From the NCBI RefSeq assembly GCF_009914755.1, contig NC_060925.1: a stretch of 64,000 bases of DNA; one strand, written 5' to 3'. The position numbers were made by a program, and so were the translations under genes. A model generated the notes under the pieces. It searched no databases. It was given only the letters and a program-made list of their open reading frames with translations, and was not told where the DNA came from. Within the stretch, counting starts at the first letter, position 1. Each line of letters starts with the position of its first letter. Positions 31,174-48,246 of the stretch are shown in pieces. The DNA is from the human T2T-CHM13v2.0 reference genome, Homo sapiens.

Positions 31174-33547
31174 CTGCAAAGAAAATGGGTGGAAAATTTA
31201 GGATCCTCGTCTATGCAAGAGAACAACAGCAGCAAATGGGAAGGAATGACTTCTCACCTAAATTAGTGAGAGGCACTTTAACAATATAGATTTGGCACAT
31301 TTTATTGAAGTATAACATTATTCAGAAAAGTATACGAATCTGACATGCAGCGTAATGAACTTTCACAAAGTGAACAAATACCATGGAGCAAAGTTGGAGG
31401 AACATAACTTTATAAAATCTAACATAATTACGTTTGGGTTATATGTTATAGTATGAATTAAACTAAGAGTATAATCAGAAGTGGCAAATAGGCTAGCGTT
31501 CTGTCAAGTATCAGAATTAGCCAAGACTGGTCTTTAGACTGCCTATCTAATACAGTACAGCAAACTCCACTCTCTTAAAGTGAGCAACAGCACAGCCCAC
31601 AACTACAACAGCTAACCTATATTGAATGATTATTCATTAACCCTCACAAAAACCCTATGATCCCTAGTTTACAGATAAGGAAACCAAGGCACACAGCCGG
31701 CAAATGGCAGAGCTGGGACGCAAATCCAGGTAAGCTGGCTTCTTTAAAGTCTGCCATCTTAACCATTTCACACCAGAATGCCTCCTCGGGGGAAAGCATA
31801 TAATTAAGGTAAATAATACAGATTATTAGTCTGTCTTAGGTATAACAAGGATAAATCCTACCAGCTTAAACTTTTAATGAATCGGACTTAAAAAAAAAAA
31901 GGCAAAATTTTAAAGACTAGATCCAGTATCCTGTAAAACAGGTTTCTTAAACACACCCAACAAAGTAGAGACGTTTACTGTTGTGAGGTGTGATATATGT
32001 ACTCCACATAATTCTTTCATTTTATCTCAGATGTGGAAAATTGCCAAGTTTTAAAAAACATTAAGCGACAATACATTTCACAATGTGCAATGACTAAAAT
32101 GTTGCTCTCTGAATGTTATCTGACTGTGGTTAATACAAGTCATAAGCAGTACAGTGTAATGACACTTGCCGATCCCACTGTTAAAGAATGTACGAGATAG
32201 TTGCTTCTATTTTACTTAAATCGAGAAGGAAAAGGTAAGACACCTTCCTAGGAAGAGAACAGCAGAATCTTAAAAAGAAAGTATAATACTTTTACCAATT
32301 CTAGTTTTCCTTTTTTCTCCTTGAAAATGTGGATTATTTTGACACAGCAACAAAAAGGCCAGAAAATAACAAGTGGCTGTAACGTGGATTGGTTTTGGCC
32401 AATGTGGAATAAAACGTCCTTCTTTTCTTATGTTTAAAACTCAAAGAGAATCAAGCCTCAGAACTTACGAGGCACAGGGTTGTTTAAAAACTGTTAACCT
32501 CTATTTTAAAACTTTTTTTTCTAGCTTCAAATGTTTAGTACATAAAACTTTTAAGCAAACATTTACTGTAACCAATTGTTAAAAATAACTGTGGACAATT
32601 ATTATCTTTGAATACTATCATATCTAAAAGATAATAAGGAATCAAACATGCAAAGTACATTTAAAAAAATTCTTTTAATGCTATTTTGCTTTTCACCAGG
32701 TTTTAAATTCATAGTTCAGCATCCTACTTCCTTCCGTGCTTACTGAAGCAAAGTGGCTTCAAATTAAACTATGAAAAAGCAGACTTCATTCAGACATTCT
32801 GGGATTTTTATTTTCTCTCACCTATGTCAAAGTGAGAGGATGGAAGCTTAAATTTCAAACAAAAGCTTACTATCTGGAAGGAGTGTAGAAGGTGCACTCA
32901 AGCCAAAACATACAAAATCTTAGAATAACTTTCGTATGTTAAAGTACAAAGAAATCTTAGGGATCACCATATTAGCCAGAGATTTTCAGACTTCGTTGAA
33001 GGGGAGGAAGAGGCTGAAGAGGGGCCCCTCAGCCCAGTTACCCCTCCCTGCCCTCACTCCATCCAGAACCCTTCCAATTTTACCACTGTTGTAAGTTTGA
33101 GGTTTCACCTAACATTTCATTTTTTAAAATTTCACTGCTAGAAAATTTTTAAAAAGATTGACATCATCAATGAGAGAAGTTATACCATCTGCCTGATTTC
33201 ACACAGCTAAGCTAGTAATCAAAAGTTTCAAACCCAGGTCTTTTGAGTCCCAGTCGGGTGCTGCTTCCCTAATATGTCACATCAGCTAGAGAAGAAACAG
33301 CAAATGCAGTGTTTATAGGGATAAGAACAAAACTCTGTTTCTTTCACAAATAAATGGGTTCTCTCTAAAACAGAAAAATGTTCTTTATATTGAATAAACT
33401 GCATTATGAAAACATTTATAAGATCCACTCTGTGCCAAGGGAATCGTAAAATAAAAATGCAAACTGGAGAAGATGAATGTGACCACCAAGAAAATCGTAA
33501 CAAAGTAAAGGACTCCGGAAAAGGCTATGAGATAGTACATTACTTAC

Positions 33548-34323
33548 AGGAGGCAGAGAGACCTGCCCGGTGATTTCAGGCGGGCGCATGCTCACCGAGT
33601 CTTCTCCGGGCCCTTCAGGCTCCCCAGATGGGTATGGTGGGGGTGGGTATGGAGGGTACTCCTCCAGGTACACATCAAGCACATGTGGAGCCTCTGGATT
33701 TGGTTCTTCTGGGTTATTCTGGAGATTTGGGCTGTTGTCTGGGACTCCCTCAGGCTCATAATCAAGGCCTGGAGAAGGAGCTGGCATGTCACTGTTCTCT
33801 GTACTGGCATTCCCCACATCCTCTGGGGACAATGATTCAGGAACCAGAGAGACCACCTCCTTTTCGGGCTCCACATGTAAATATGGATTCTGGATTTCTA
33901 CTGGGCTTTCTGAGCTGGCAGTCACAGAAGCTGACTTGGATGGGTATGATGGGACAGAGATGGTCTCCATGGCCGCTATGGTGGTCCTCTGATATAAAAG
34001 CTTCTGAATATTTGGCCCATTAGGACCCTCTGGCTCTGTAATAGAACTACGTTTCTTTAGAGGCCTTGGTGCGTTAGACAGTTTCTTTCGTAAGGCTTCT
34101 AGGTCAGCATCACTCTGGTTTCGGTAAGGATTAGATAAGAAAGGCAGTAATTTAGTTGGGCTGAGTGGCCGAGGAATTCTTTCGTTTTCATGGTTCTCCT
34201 GAACTGAAGAAACAGGCTCTGTTTCAGGTTCTGGACTGCCAGGCTTGCCCTGGCTATTGGAATAAATGTTCTCTGGGTGCTGCTGTTGATTCTGGGCAGC
34301 AGCAATTACAGGCTTACCATATA
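33548..34323 (-). CDS. TP53BP2: TP53BP2 exon 13 (776 nt, proline-rich region with the WW-binding PPxY motif YPPYPPPPY)
   Basis: aattag|TA acceptor, CCT|gtaagt donor; overlaps ORF 33416..33970. Confidence 0.97.
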
Positions 34324-35128
34324 CTAATTGGAAAAGGAAAAAAAAAAGCCCTCATTAGCATTAATTAAACAAAACTGGCAAGAAACAGAAACAGCTAACA
34401 ATAACTAAAGCCTCTTTTAATTTCATAGTTGTTACTACATAATCCCCTTCAAATATAATTAATTTTTAAAAATAAATGACAAAGCAGGGAATCCATCTTT
34501 GCATAATAAACTTATTACAGAATCAAAACCCCCACTGATTGTAACATGCACCATATCTCATGAAACAATAAGAAAATGTTGCCGTTTTAAGAAATCACTG
34601 TAGCATCCAAATTTAAAATAACAAAATGTGAAAAACATTTAGATGCAATGAAAACAGATAATCCTCATGTGTCCAGATTAAAACTAAACATGTACTATCC
34701 CATCTTTCACTTTTCAAAAGTGAATCAACGTGAGAACTTCTATTTGGCTTATAAAATTATTAAGAACCACTTATAGTTACCAAAGATATTCCCTGTTAAC
34801 ATTCTGATTATATTAAAATTATCTAATTCCCAAATTATTCCATTTTCACTAAAGACCCATGAAAAGAAGAGTAAGAGGTAGCATATATACTGATTCTTTG
34901 CTAATTTTAATTATGGCATCTTAGGTCACAATTACATGGTTATTTCATGACTACAAAGCTATTTTCATTCAATTAAAACATGGTAAGTTTTATTCTAGTC
35001 CTATGAAGTAATAATTTAGAAAGAACCCAACAAATTTCCAAACTGTGTATGTTTAATACAAGCTAACCTTCTGTTTTTACATTTAGCTAGCGGCTATGTC
35101 CCCATTACAATGACTTAAAATACAGTAG

Positions 35129-35443
<315 letters not shown>

Positions 35444-35947
35444 ACAGTTATATATAAAGACATATAGACACAGACACACACATACAGAGACACACATATA
35501 TATATGTGTGTGATGTGTGTGTGTGTATATATATCTATATATACATGTCTACGTATATATGTCTCTCTATATGTATATACACACACACACACAGACAGGG
35601 GCAGTGGTCCAGTCCTCTATATGACAAGAACATCTGGTCAACCTACAGTGAAGACACACACCTTCCTTCTGCACTGTAATGACCCATTATATTTGGTTCT
35701 CCCTCACCGATAAGCCCCTCCAGACTTGAGACCACACTTTATTCATCTATTATCTTTAGTGCCTACTACTGTAGGAGCAGACATTTAGCAAGCACTCTTT
35801 TAAACTCCCAGTAAAGAACAGAAGCCACAGTTAAAAACCCTTAGCGTCAGTCAAAATAGGGATTAGTTATTTTGCTGTCTGCTGAGGGATGGCTTAAGTT
35901 CTGGTATAGAACTTAAGCACGTCACCTATGAACGTTAAGAACCTTAC

Positions 35948-36410
35948 CACTTGAAAAGTGTGGCCCTCTGGTATGAGTCTTGGTCAACGCGCTCTGCACA
36001 GCCTGCTGGAAGTTTTTTCCTGGCGCCTGCTGTTGCGTATACATGGAATATATTGAACTTGCTGCCACGGTCTGGGGTTTTCTGAAGGGTGGAAGTAAGG
36101 TGTCTTTGGAAGGCTGGGGAGTAAAGGGCCGGACGGCAGCAGCAGGTGGACTTTCTTGCTTAGAACCTGGAGAAAGGGTCTGGTCTTGGCCAACCGAAGG
36201 TATGCTGGGAGATAGCAGCACTCTCGGCTGCTGCCCTGCTGGTTTTGGTTTAGTTCCCATGGACGGAACAACTGTTGACAACTGCTGAGAACTTCCGTCT
36301 GGCTTAATGTCTGAAGGTGGCTGATTAGTTTGTCCAAAATAAGGCAAATTAATCTGTTTTGGTTTTGTAGGAACAGGAGGTGGTACTTTAGCCACATTTT
36401 TATTTGCAAC
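35948..36410 (-). CDS. TP53BP2: TP53BP2 exon 12 (VANKNVAKVPPPVPTKPK...RGPHFSS)
   Basis: ttatag|GTT acceptor, GTG|gtaagg donor. Confidence 0.97.
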
Positions 36411-36522
36411 CTATAACACACACATAAAAAGCCAGTTAAAATACTATATAACTGGGTACACAGGATGTTCTAGATAACCTAATTTCACAAATGTAAATAT
36501 ACACTATAAAAATATTAGCTCT

Positions 36523-37053
<531 letters not shown>

Positions 37054-37631
37054 TAATGCAATACAATCTCTTCCCTTTATGACTTCCTCCTTGTTTCCAC
37101 TTCCTATCTGGGCAATTTTAATACATTTAAGTGCCCACTTGAAAACTTTTACTGTCATCTTTCATATTCAGATGGCATCAATAATGGGAAACCATTCTTG
37201 TTCACTGGAATTTCATGCAATCTAGACAACTGTAATAAAACACACCTAACTTGGAGCACTCACACATAACCTGGTTATCAAGGATTAAGACTGTAACAGT
37301 TACAGAAAATTCACCACACAAGCATTTTGTAACTTTGAAGAAATAAGATACTTGAACAATACAAATACAGTGTTCTTCGATGCACTTATACTTTTTAGAG
37401 AATCACATGAAATATGACCCAAAACAAGCATGTCAGCCATTCTCCCACCGGGTGTGAGAGCACAAACAGACTCACGCAAGAGAAATTAAAATAACAGAAT
37501 GCTAATGTATTTTCTAATCTCCTAGGTACATCCTGTTTCTTCTGCTCTCCCTCACACAATACTTTATCCCTTCTAAAAACTGCATTATAGAATTACTATT
37601 AAATTTTAAAAACCAGGATATTTGTAGGTAC

Positions 37632-37780
37632 CTGAGCATCCCGCAAGATATCTTCACTGCTCTGGTTCTTCCTCAGAGTACCAAAGGAAGGTGGGGCATT
37701 GGACTGGTCTACTGCATCAAACATTGAGAACGGACGCACTTTCTTCTCTTTCTCCCTCAGCGGAACCTCTCCATCATCAA
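37632..37780 (-). CDS. TP53BP2: TP53BP2 exon 11 ((V)DDGEVPLREKEKKVRPFSMF...EDILRDAQ)
   Basis: ctttag|TT acceptor, CAG|gtacct donor. Confidence 0.96.
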
Positions 37781-38036
37781 CTAAAGACAAAAAAATCACA
37801 ATGACATTCAAACTGTTTAGAATAAAGTATCTCATTCACTCGTAAGTTTCTCTCCCCTAAATCTCCCTGAAAATCTGTGTCCACAAAGCACGTTCCTATT
37901 TTTTAATTAAACTAATAAAAGGATAACCCAAGCACTATAATGATCGTACCTGAGTTCTCCAGCTAAATTAAGGTGTTCTGGAAATAAATATTGTTAAATA
38001 TTGTCCCTATTGTTAACACACTAGAAAATGATTTAT

Positions 38037-38384
<348 letters not shown>

Positions 38385-38432
38385 TCAGATGACCAAAATT
38401 TAATGTTCAAGAGTAGCACAAATAAATCTCAC

Positions 38433-38543
38433 CTTGATCCAGAGCATTCCCAGTGCTTTGAGGTACAGAAGCAGAGCCTTGGCTTGGGAAAAGATCTGCA
38501 TTTGAAGGACTCCAATCAGGGCCAACTGGATGGATTTTAGAGC
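38433..38543 (-). CDS. TP53BP2: TP53BP2 exon 10 ((G)SKIHPVGPDWSPSNADLFPSQGSASVPQSTGNALDQ)
   Basis: ttttag|GC acceptor, AAG|gtgaga donor; phase 1-1, 111 nt. Confidence 0.95.
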
Positions 38544-39848
38544 CTAAAATACAGAAAAGCAGCTACAAATAACTCAGCATTCTAAAGAGATTTTTAATGA
38601 TTTTTACTGCTAAGACTTTTAATCTCTAAAAACAGCTTTAAATTCCAGACTCACAACACCCCAATAAATTTACTTAGAAAATACTGTATTATATTTTATA
38701 TTTCTAATTTAAGATTCTTCCACTTTACTCAGGCAATTTAAAATTAGTCACAGCAAGTCTGCTTGAACCAGCAAAGACACATTATTCTTCACTGTGTTAG
38801 AAAACATCACCATCACATCCAGAAAATACTTTCCAATTCAAGAGACCTAAGGGTCTAAGGTGTATTTTATAAATGATATTTTAAGTGATACATGCACAAC
38901 ACAAAAGTAAATATGTGGATCCTTAATCCAGGACTTCAACTGCACTCTTTCACAAATCAGTATATTCAGGTTTTTTTCTACACTGATACTTAAATTTCAA
39001 AAGCCACTGCTTTCATTTTTCCTTACAGAAACAAAGCAAATATAACTCTTTCCACAATAAAATCCAGACTGCATGGTACTATTGCTTCACAGTAGTAGTT
39101 ATGGTAAAATAACAAATAATTTGAAAATCAGCTATTTTTTTGCATATGATAATTGTAAGAGAACAGAGACAATACTGGCTATTACTTCTTCTGTCCAGGG
39201 GTCTGAATGATAAGGTCATTAAAGGATGCTTTACCCCAATTTTTCTACAATTCTCCCCACACTTTTTCCTCCCATTACAAAACTATGGCTTGTACCTCTC
39301 CATGTATCTGAGAAGTACACAGAATGCAAAGATCACTAACACAAGGAGCCTCTGCTATTTTCACTTTTAATCTCCCAATATGTTTAATGTTATTCTAAAA
39401 ATTATCAGCAAATTCTCACATGTAAGCAGATATGAATATTTAACACCACTCATCAACATAATAGATTCAGAACCTCACATCCTATACAGATGACACCACA
39501 AACACATATGTTTTTACCCAAAAAGAAAAGTTCTCAAGTTATTAATATCAAAATTTCCTTAGTAACAATAAGGAACTTTTTAAAACAATTTTCAGGTTTA
39601 TAAAGATATTATATTTTATTTCATTTCCTGAATAGAATTGTATTATTTAGGGTTAAGAAAAATCATCCTTGTACAACCAGGGTATCAATTTTAATTTTTT
39701 AAACGTCTCATTACACCAGCAAAGAATATAAAAGGATTTTTAGAATTCAAACATGAATAATGAATACAAAGAGAGATTTTTTTTAAACTCAAACTTGGGA
39801 GAAAGAATAGTGGGGACAGGAAGAACTAGGCTGTGCAGGACTTTTTAC

Positions 39849-40077
39849 CTTTAGTTTGTGAAGCAGCCCCAGATCTCATGTTGGGCAGTGTCTGTATTTT
39901 CATCGGCCCCTCTGAAGCCTGAATGACCAAGGAACCATCCGGCAGGGCTGGCTTCACCAGCAATTCAGGCCTTGAGGGCATCCGAGGCATAGTAGACGAC
40001 TGGATATAGGGACCTACTGCAGCCACACGGCTTGGGGCTGACGCGGCTTGCTGGGGAAGATTTCCATCAGATGAAAC
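39849..40077 (-). CDS. TP53BP2: TP53BP2 exon 9 (VSSDGNLPQQ...RVAAVGPYIQ...AASQTK)
   Basis: cctaag|GTT acceptor, AAG|gtaaaa donor. Confidence 0.96.
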
Positions 40078-40463
40078 CTTAGGAAAGAAGCACAGGTCCT
40101 TTAGTATTAAAAATCATCTCAGGTGATCAGACTTAGAAACTAAGATGTGACATTTTCTTACTTTTTAAAATGAGCAGTTTCAGAATCTAGCCATAGAGTC
40201 TACAAAAAACATTCCAAAATAAACACTCCCCAATGAACTCTCACCCACACTTTATTACAAGTATTAGAGACAAACAGAGCTACACAGGTAATAACATTAA
40301 AAAGTAAAAAAGCAGCGGATTGTCTTTTAAGGATCCATAAACAGCATCTGTTTTCTGAGGGCACACTGAGTAATGATTCTGAAGAAGATGCCTATGAGTA
40401 ACCTCACTGGGCTGGTCATCTTTTTCCCTCCTCCCCAAAACCATTACAAAACGGCCCACTTAC

Positions 40464-40628
40464 TGGTAGATTTTCTTTTTGCTGTAGAGCTGCCTTCTTC
40501 TTCCACAGCCGGTCCCTCAGCTCATTAACACGCTTATCCATGACTGCCACTTCTGAATTACGCTTATTCAAACACTCCCTCTGTTGTTGTAGCTTGGCAT
40601 TCTGCTCTTGATTCAATTTGTTTCTTAG
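40464..40628 (-). CDS. TP53BP2: TP53BP2 exon 8 (coiled coil, [18 protein letters not shown]...KENLP)
   Basis: attcag|CTA acceptor, CCA|gtaagt donor. Confidence 0.97.
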
Positions 40629-41003
40629 CTGAATAAAAGAGAGGGGAAAAAAGGTAGCCAAGGAGTAGGAAGAAAATGTCTCAAACAGTTAATCACATGG
40701 TTAACTATTATATAATTTCTAAAAATATGAGGTCCCTCCACCCCTCCACACTTCTCATCTCATGGTTTAAAATTAAGTGACACCTGTGCAAGACCACCAG
40801 CTGTGGTTATGAGGAATGTCTCAAATTTCCTGTCTAGGGTACTATAAAGTTTACTCTGGATTCTCTGGAGTTTGGGTTCCCCCCACAACCTGCCTTCTCT
40901 TTAAGGAAAGGCAACTGAAATCTAGCACCTCTTGCTACTTATATGAGCAACTCTGTTTCTGGAAAGGAGGTTGTACAGCTTTTGGCAAACAGCTACGGTC
41001 TAC

Positions 41004-41185
41004 CTGCAGCTCCTTATAGAGGCGATCAAGCTCAGCCACTGCAGACTGATTGTCATGGTGGCTGTCGATCCTGCCGTTCTTGAGCATCTCTAGCTGCCTG
41101 GTCAGTTCTTCTACTTTTGACACAGCCAGGACGAGCTCCCTCTGTTTTTGCTGGAACAAATTATTCATCTGTTCAATTTCCTCCA
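41004..41185 (-). CDS. TP53BP2: TP53BP2 exon 7 ((V)EEIEQMNNLFQQKQRE...LYKELQ)
   Basis: atctag|TG acceptor, CAG|gtagac donor. Confidence 0.97.
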
Positions 41186-41906
41186 CTAGATGAGACAGAG
41201 AACAGCAACAACAGTTGAAAAGAAAAATAAGAATGGACTACTTCCCAGGCAACCGGGCTTTACAATGAACTTTCTAATAAACAGTAGAAAAATTTTTCAG
41301 AATGTCCTGGAAGCAACCGACTTCTTTTAGAAGCAAGTGAAATCAACAGAGACATCTCTAAATCTCTGTGCTTCAATATCAATGTATATTTATCAGAATT
41401 TGCATTAAAAATATTATTAAACTCCAAATTTTAGAAACAATAAAAATTTCTTTAGAACTTTCAATTTTATAACATTAGGTGGATCTATTAAACCACAAAC
41501 ATTCTGAATAAAATGGTATCGTAATAGATGGAGCTATTATATGAATAAAAATCCTTGCCTTCATCAAATTCTCAGTCAAAAAATATTAAGGGGAAAAAAT
41601 GCTACATTTTCCAAAGGTATCTTAGAAATCCTGTATAAAACATTCAACAGCTGAATTCAATTCAGAGGAACCTGCAGCATCAAAACTGCAGTAAATTATA
41701 TTTTTTCAAAAGATACCCTTTAAAGTTATCTACAGATCAACCATGGTGGCTTGCACCTGTAACCCCAGCTACTCAGGAGGCTGAGGTGGGAGGATCACTT
41801 GAGGCCACGGTTCAAAAGACCAGCCTGGGCAACACAGTAAGACCCTGTCTCAAAAAAACCAGACAAATAAATGTATAAAAAAGTAAATCTATGAGGAACA
41901 ACTCAC

Positions 41907-42081
41907 CAAGTTTCCCATTGCTTAGTCTCTTCTGTTCCACGTGGCCTTTAAGTGCTCTCACTTTTTTTAGCTTAGCTTCCTGATTCTCAGCTATTTCTTT
42001 TAGCCTTTTAAGTTTCTCCTGCTCAGCAACTTGTTGCTGTTGTCGCTGATCTTGTTGTTTCAAAAACTTTAAGCGCTGTTC
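41907..42081 (-). CDS. TP53BP2: TP53BP2 exon 6 (EQRLKFLKQQDQRQQQQ...RLSNGKL)
   Basis: ttttag|GAA acceptor, TTG|gtgagt donor. Confidence 0.97.
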
Positions 42082-43087
42082 CTAAAAATAAAAGTAATCA
42101 TTAGGTATGTCATTTTAGGTAAGTACACCACTAAGCTCAAAATAGCCTAACTGCAACACTTAGATGTTGAGATTGAGGTACACTTGTAACCCTGGTCTGG
42201 TCTCACCTTCTTCCTAAACACTGCCATCAGAATCACACTGGAAGTCTGTTCAAAACAGATACTCCTGAGCCCACCCTAGAATCTTCTGGGGATAAGATCC
42301 AGGAATCAGTATTTTTAACCCAAGTGGTTCTTATGCAGCAAGGATGCAGCAATTCTTGAACTAGTTTTCATAAACTGTTGCAACAATTTTAAAAAGCAGC
42401 TCATGTAGAAATGGGAAGCATCATAAGAAACTATTTAAATGCACAAGATTTGGAGTACATTTAGATTCAAACCCAGCTCTACCACTTATTAGCTATGAGA
42501 CCCTGAACAAATTGCATAACCTCACCAAGCATGCAAGTCTATGTTTCTTCATCTATAAAACAGGGATGATCAATAGTAACTACCAATGTTACTATAGTGA
42601 AGATTAAATGAAGTGTGAAATGTAAATGTCTTTGAATGATATTTTACATAGTATATACTCAATAAATGGTCACTGAAAAGAGCTAAAGAAATATTTAACA
42701 CCTTTAGAAAGCTGCAATCATGGAATCTGAAATTGTTTCTTTCCCCTGCCCCAAGGTACTTTTGTTATAGCAGAAATTTTGTTTTTATTACATTAAAATT
42801 TTTAACTAAAACTGAGTAACAGAGCCACACAATTTATAATCACAGGTAAACTATTTCTTAGATTAGTATGCCTAGAACATATAAGTAACATGGAAAGAAT
42901 CAAAACAAAAACCCTGGCTAAGGCAGAAGGATCACTTGAACCCAGGAATTCAAGTCCAGCCTGGGCAACACAGTGAGAACCCATCTCAAAAGAAAAAAAA
43001 ACCCACAAGGACTTGTTTTTAAGTCCTTGAAGACTAAAAAGCTTAGAAATTTGTTCTTCAACAACCAATCTTTTTGACTATATATCC

Positions 43088-43240
43088 TTGCTACTCAATG
43101 TAATGTGCATCAGCATCACCTGGAAGCTTGTGAGAAATGCAGAAGCTCAAACCTCAACTCACCTACTGAATCAGAATATGCATTTTCAACACGATCCCCA
43201 GGTGATTCATATGTATCTTAAGGTTTGAGAAGCAATGATA
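43088..43240 (+). mobile_element. MER5-family DNA transposon
   Basis: catcagcatcacctggaagcttgtgagaaatgcag...ctactgaatcagaa...ccccaggtgattc...gtttgagaagca. Confidence 0.7.
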
Positions 43241-43479
43241 TGCATGATTTTGGAAAAACTGGGGTCTGGTATTACAAACAGAAATGGATGCACAGGAACC
43301 CTAGGAAGTATGACATGAAGTCCACACTGCCTTGAGAACTGCCTTGAAGAATTCCTGGCCATTATTTCAAAGCCCTATTGGGTAACTTTGCCCATGACAA
43401 ACCAACAATTGTCTACCCCAGCTTCAGTGACCTGATAATCACTAAAGGACTGTTAGTTGTGGATCCTGGGTGTTTAGAC

Positions 43480-43690
43480 CAGGGGTTGACAAACTATAGT
43501 CTGCAGGCCAAATCCAGCTTGCTATCTTGTTTTTGTAAGTAAAGTTTTATTGGGACACAACCACACCATCTGTTTACCTATTATCCATGACTGCTTATAA
43601 CAGCAGACCTGAGTAGTTGCAACAGAGGCAGCAAAGTTTGCAAAGCCCAAAATATTTACTATGTAGCCCTTTACAGAGAAAGGTCTGTTG
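43480..43690 (+). mobile_element. MER58A-like hAT-Charlie element
   Basis: caggggttgacaaactat...ggccaaatcc...aaagttttattgg...aaaatatttactat...cctttacaga. Confidence 0.75.
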
Positions 43691-44222
43691 GCTTTTGGGT
43701 CAGATTGGAAGCCTATGGCTGGCAGGAGAAGCAGCAGTTCTGATGGTAATGGAGTGGCTTCTTATATTTTCCTTGTTCAAGGCCAGGACTAGGGTTAGTT
43801 TGTGGATAAAGAATGTTCCCCAAATAAAGGCAAGCAGCCCGTTATTGGTGCCAAGCTCCAGAAGGGGACAGTATTAGATTAATCTGATCCAAGATTAATC
43901 TATGGTATGGTTATACCATGTTAGAACTTTAATATTCCTCTTGCTGTGGCCCAGAGTAGTTCCTAGAAGCAAAGATGAAGGGCTCTTTCCACCTTTCCTG
44001 TCTGGCTGATACCCATCATAGCATGGTTAATCTTGATCAGAATCAGGAGTCAGAAAGATCTTGAACAATTAGGATGATACAAGGATTTCTACAAAATGCT
44101 ATAGTAAGGACTCAAAGAGAGCACAAAGAGAGCACCAAACAGCAGGTGGCTTTTGGGTTGATAATGTTACCTCATATCTGTGAGGTAATTGGCTTAATGG
44201 GGGTAGAATGTAAATAGCCTTA

Positions 44223-44563
<341 letters not shown>

Positions 44564-44578
44564 AAAGGACGATACTAC

Positions 44579-44680
44579 CTTAGTTGCCAGCAATTGTTGC
44601 TGGGCTTCAATCTGTTGCTGCTGGCGAGATGCCATTTCCTGAAGTTCAGCAAGAGTCAGATCCATCCTAGGACTATTAAC
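44579..44680 (-). CDS. TP53BP2: TP53BP2 exon 5 ([34 protein letters not shown]); internal ATG at 44665 starts a 1005-aa frame
   Basis: ttgtag|GTT acceptor, AAG|gtagta donor; summing downstream exon lengths from this Met gives 1005 aa, the length of the short Bbp/53BP2S form. Confidence 0.96.
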
Positions 44681-45129
44681 CTACAAGTAAAAACACAAAT
44701 AAACACAATCCCAGCTTACTATAAAACTACCACAGAGATTCCGCCCTCAAAGGTCTATGTAAAAGCTTCATATGAACCAACTATGACAAAATTATTTAGC
44801 GATTTTTCTTTCATAATATCAAGCAGACCATTAATTCTTATATTAATACTCACCACATTGACTTTTTAAGATGTAATGTAAAACACACTAATATACAATA
44901 ATCTTTTATTTTAAGTTGCAAGTTTAAAATTAAATAGTTTCAACAGTCAGGGACATAAATGGAACAATTCAGAATTACCTTGTTCTGTAATTTATATTAC
45001 AACAGAAGTGTTTGATCATATTAAACATGGTATTGAGGCACTGGCAGCAAACCTAGAATTTAGTCATTGGAATATCATTTAAAAATACTTTAGCACTAAA
45101 AAATTCAAGACACATTGAGTCATCAGAAA

Positions 45130-46790
<1,661 letters not shown>

Positions 46791-47016
46791 TATATATATA
46801 AAGATATAATATATCTCTTTAATAGAAACACAGTCTCACTTTGTTGCCCAGGCTAGCCTCAAACTTCTGGCTTCAAGTCATCCTCATGCCTCAGCCTCTA
46901 GTTGGTGGAGGAGAAGATACATTGTGTCCATATGCACTAAAACAACGGCTAAGATCATTTTTATCATCTGCATTTCATCTTTTCATCATTGTAAGATAAT
47001 TATTAAATCAAAGAAA

Positions 47017-47858
<842 letters not shown>

Positions 47859-48163
47859 AATTTTGCATTTTTAATAAAGTGATGATTGCAACAAATAAAA
47901 TCACCAAATAAGAAATACTTCCTCAAACTTGCTCAGCATTTATTTTGTCTGAATTTGTGTCACATTAAACATACAACTTCTTCCAATAGTCAGCCATATA
48001 CAGATCATTAAAATTAATAGTTTCTATGAAACAAATTTAAAATAACCTTTAAAAAGCGGCCATCCTTAGCCCATTGAATAACAAAGTAATAATGAATAAG
48101 ATTTAAAGTTAAAAAATATGTATCACTGTGGTATATACAGTATGGATAAAAACAACAACTTAC

Positions 48164-48246
48164 ACCGTTCTCCTTTCTTCGATATTCACCAGGAACTTTT
48201 ACACCATTTCTTTTTAAACTTGGATCCTGAGATCTTGGTCCACTCA
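48164..48246 (-). CDS. TP53BP2: TP53BP2 exon 4 ((V)SGPRSQDPSLKRNGVKVPGEYRRKENG)
   Basis: ccttag|TG acceptor, GGT|gtaagt donor. Confidence 0.96.
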
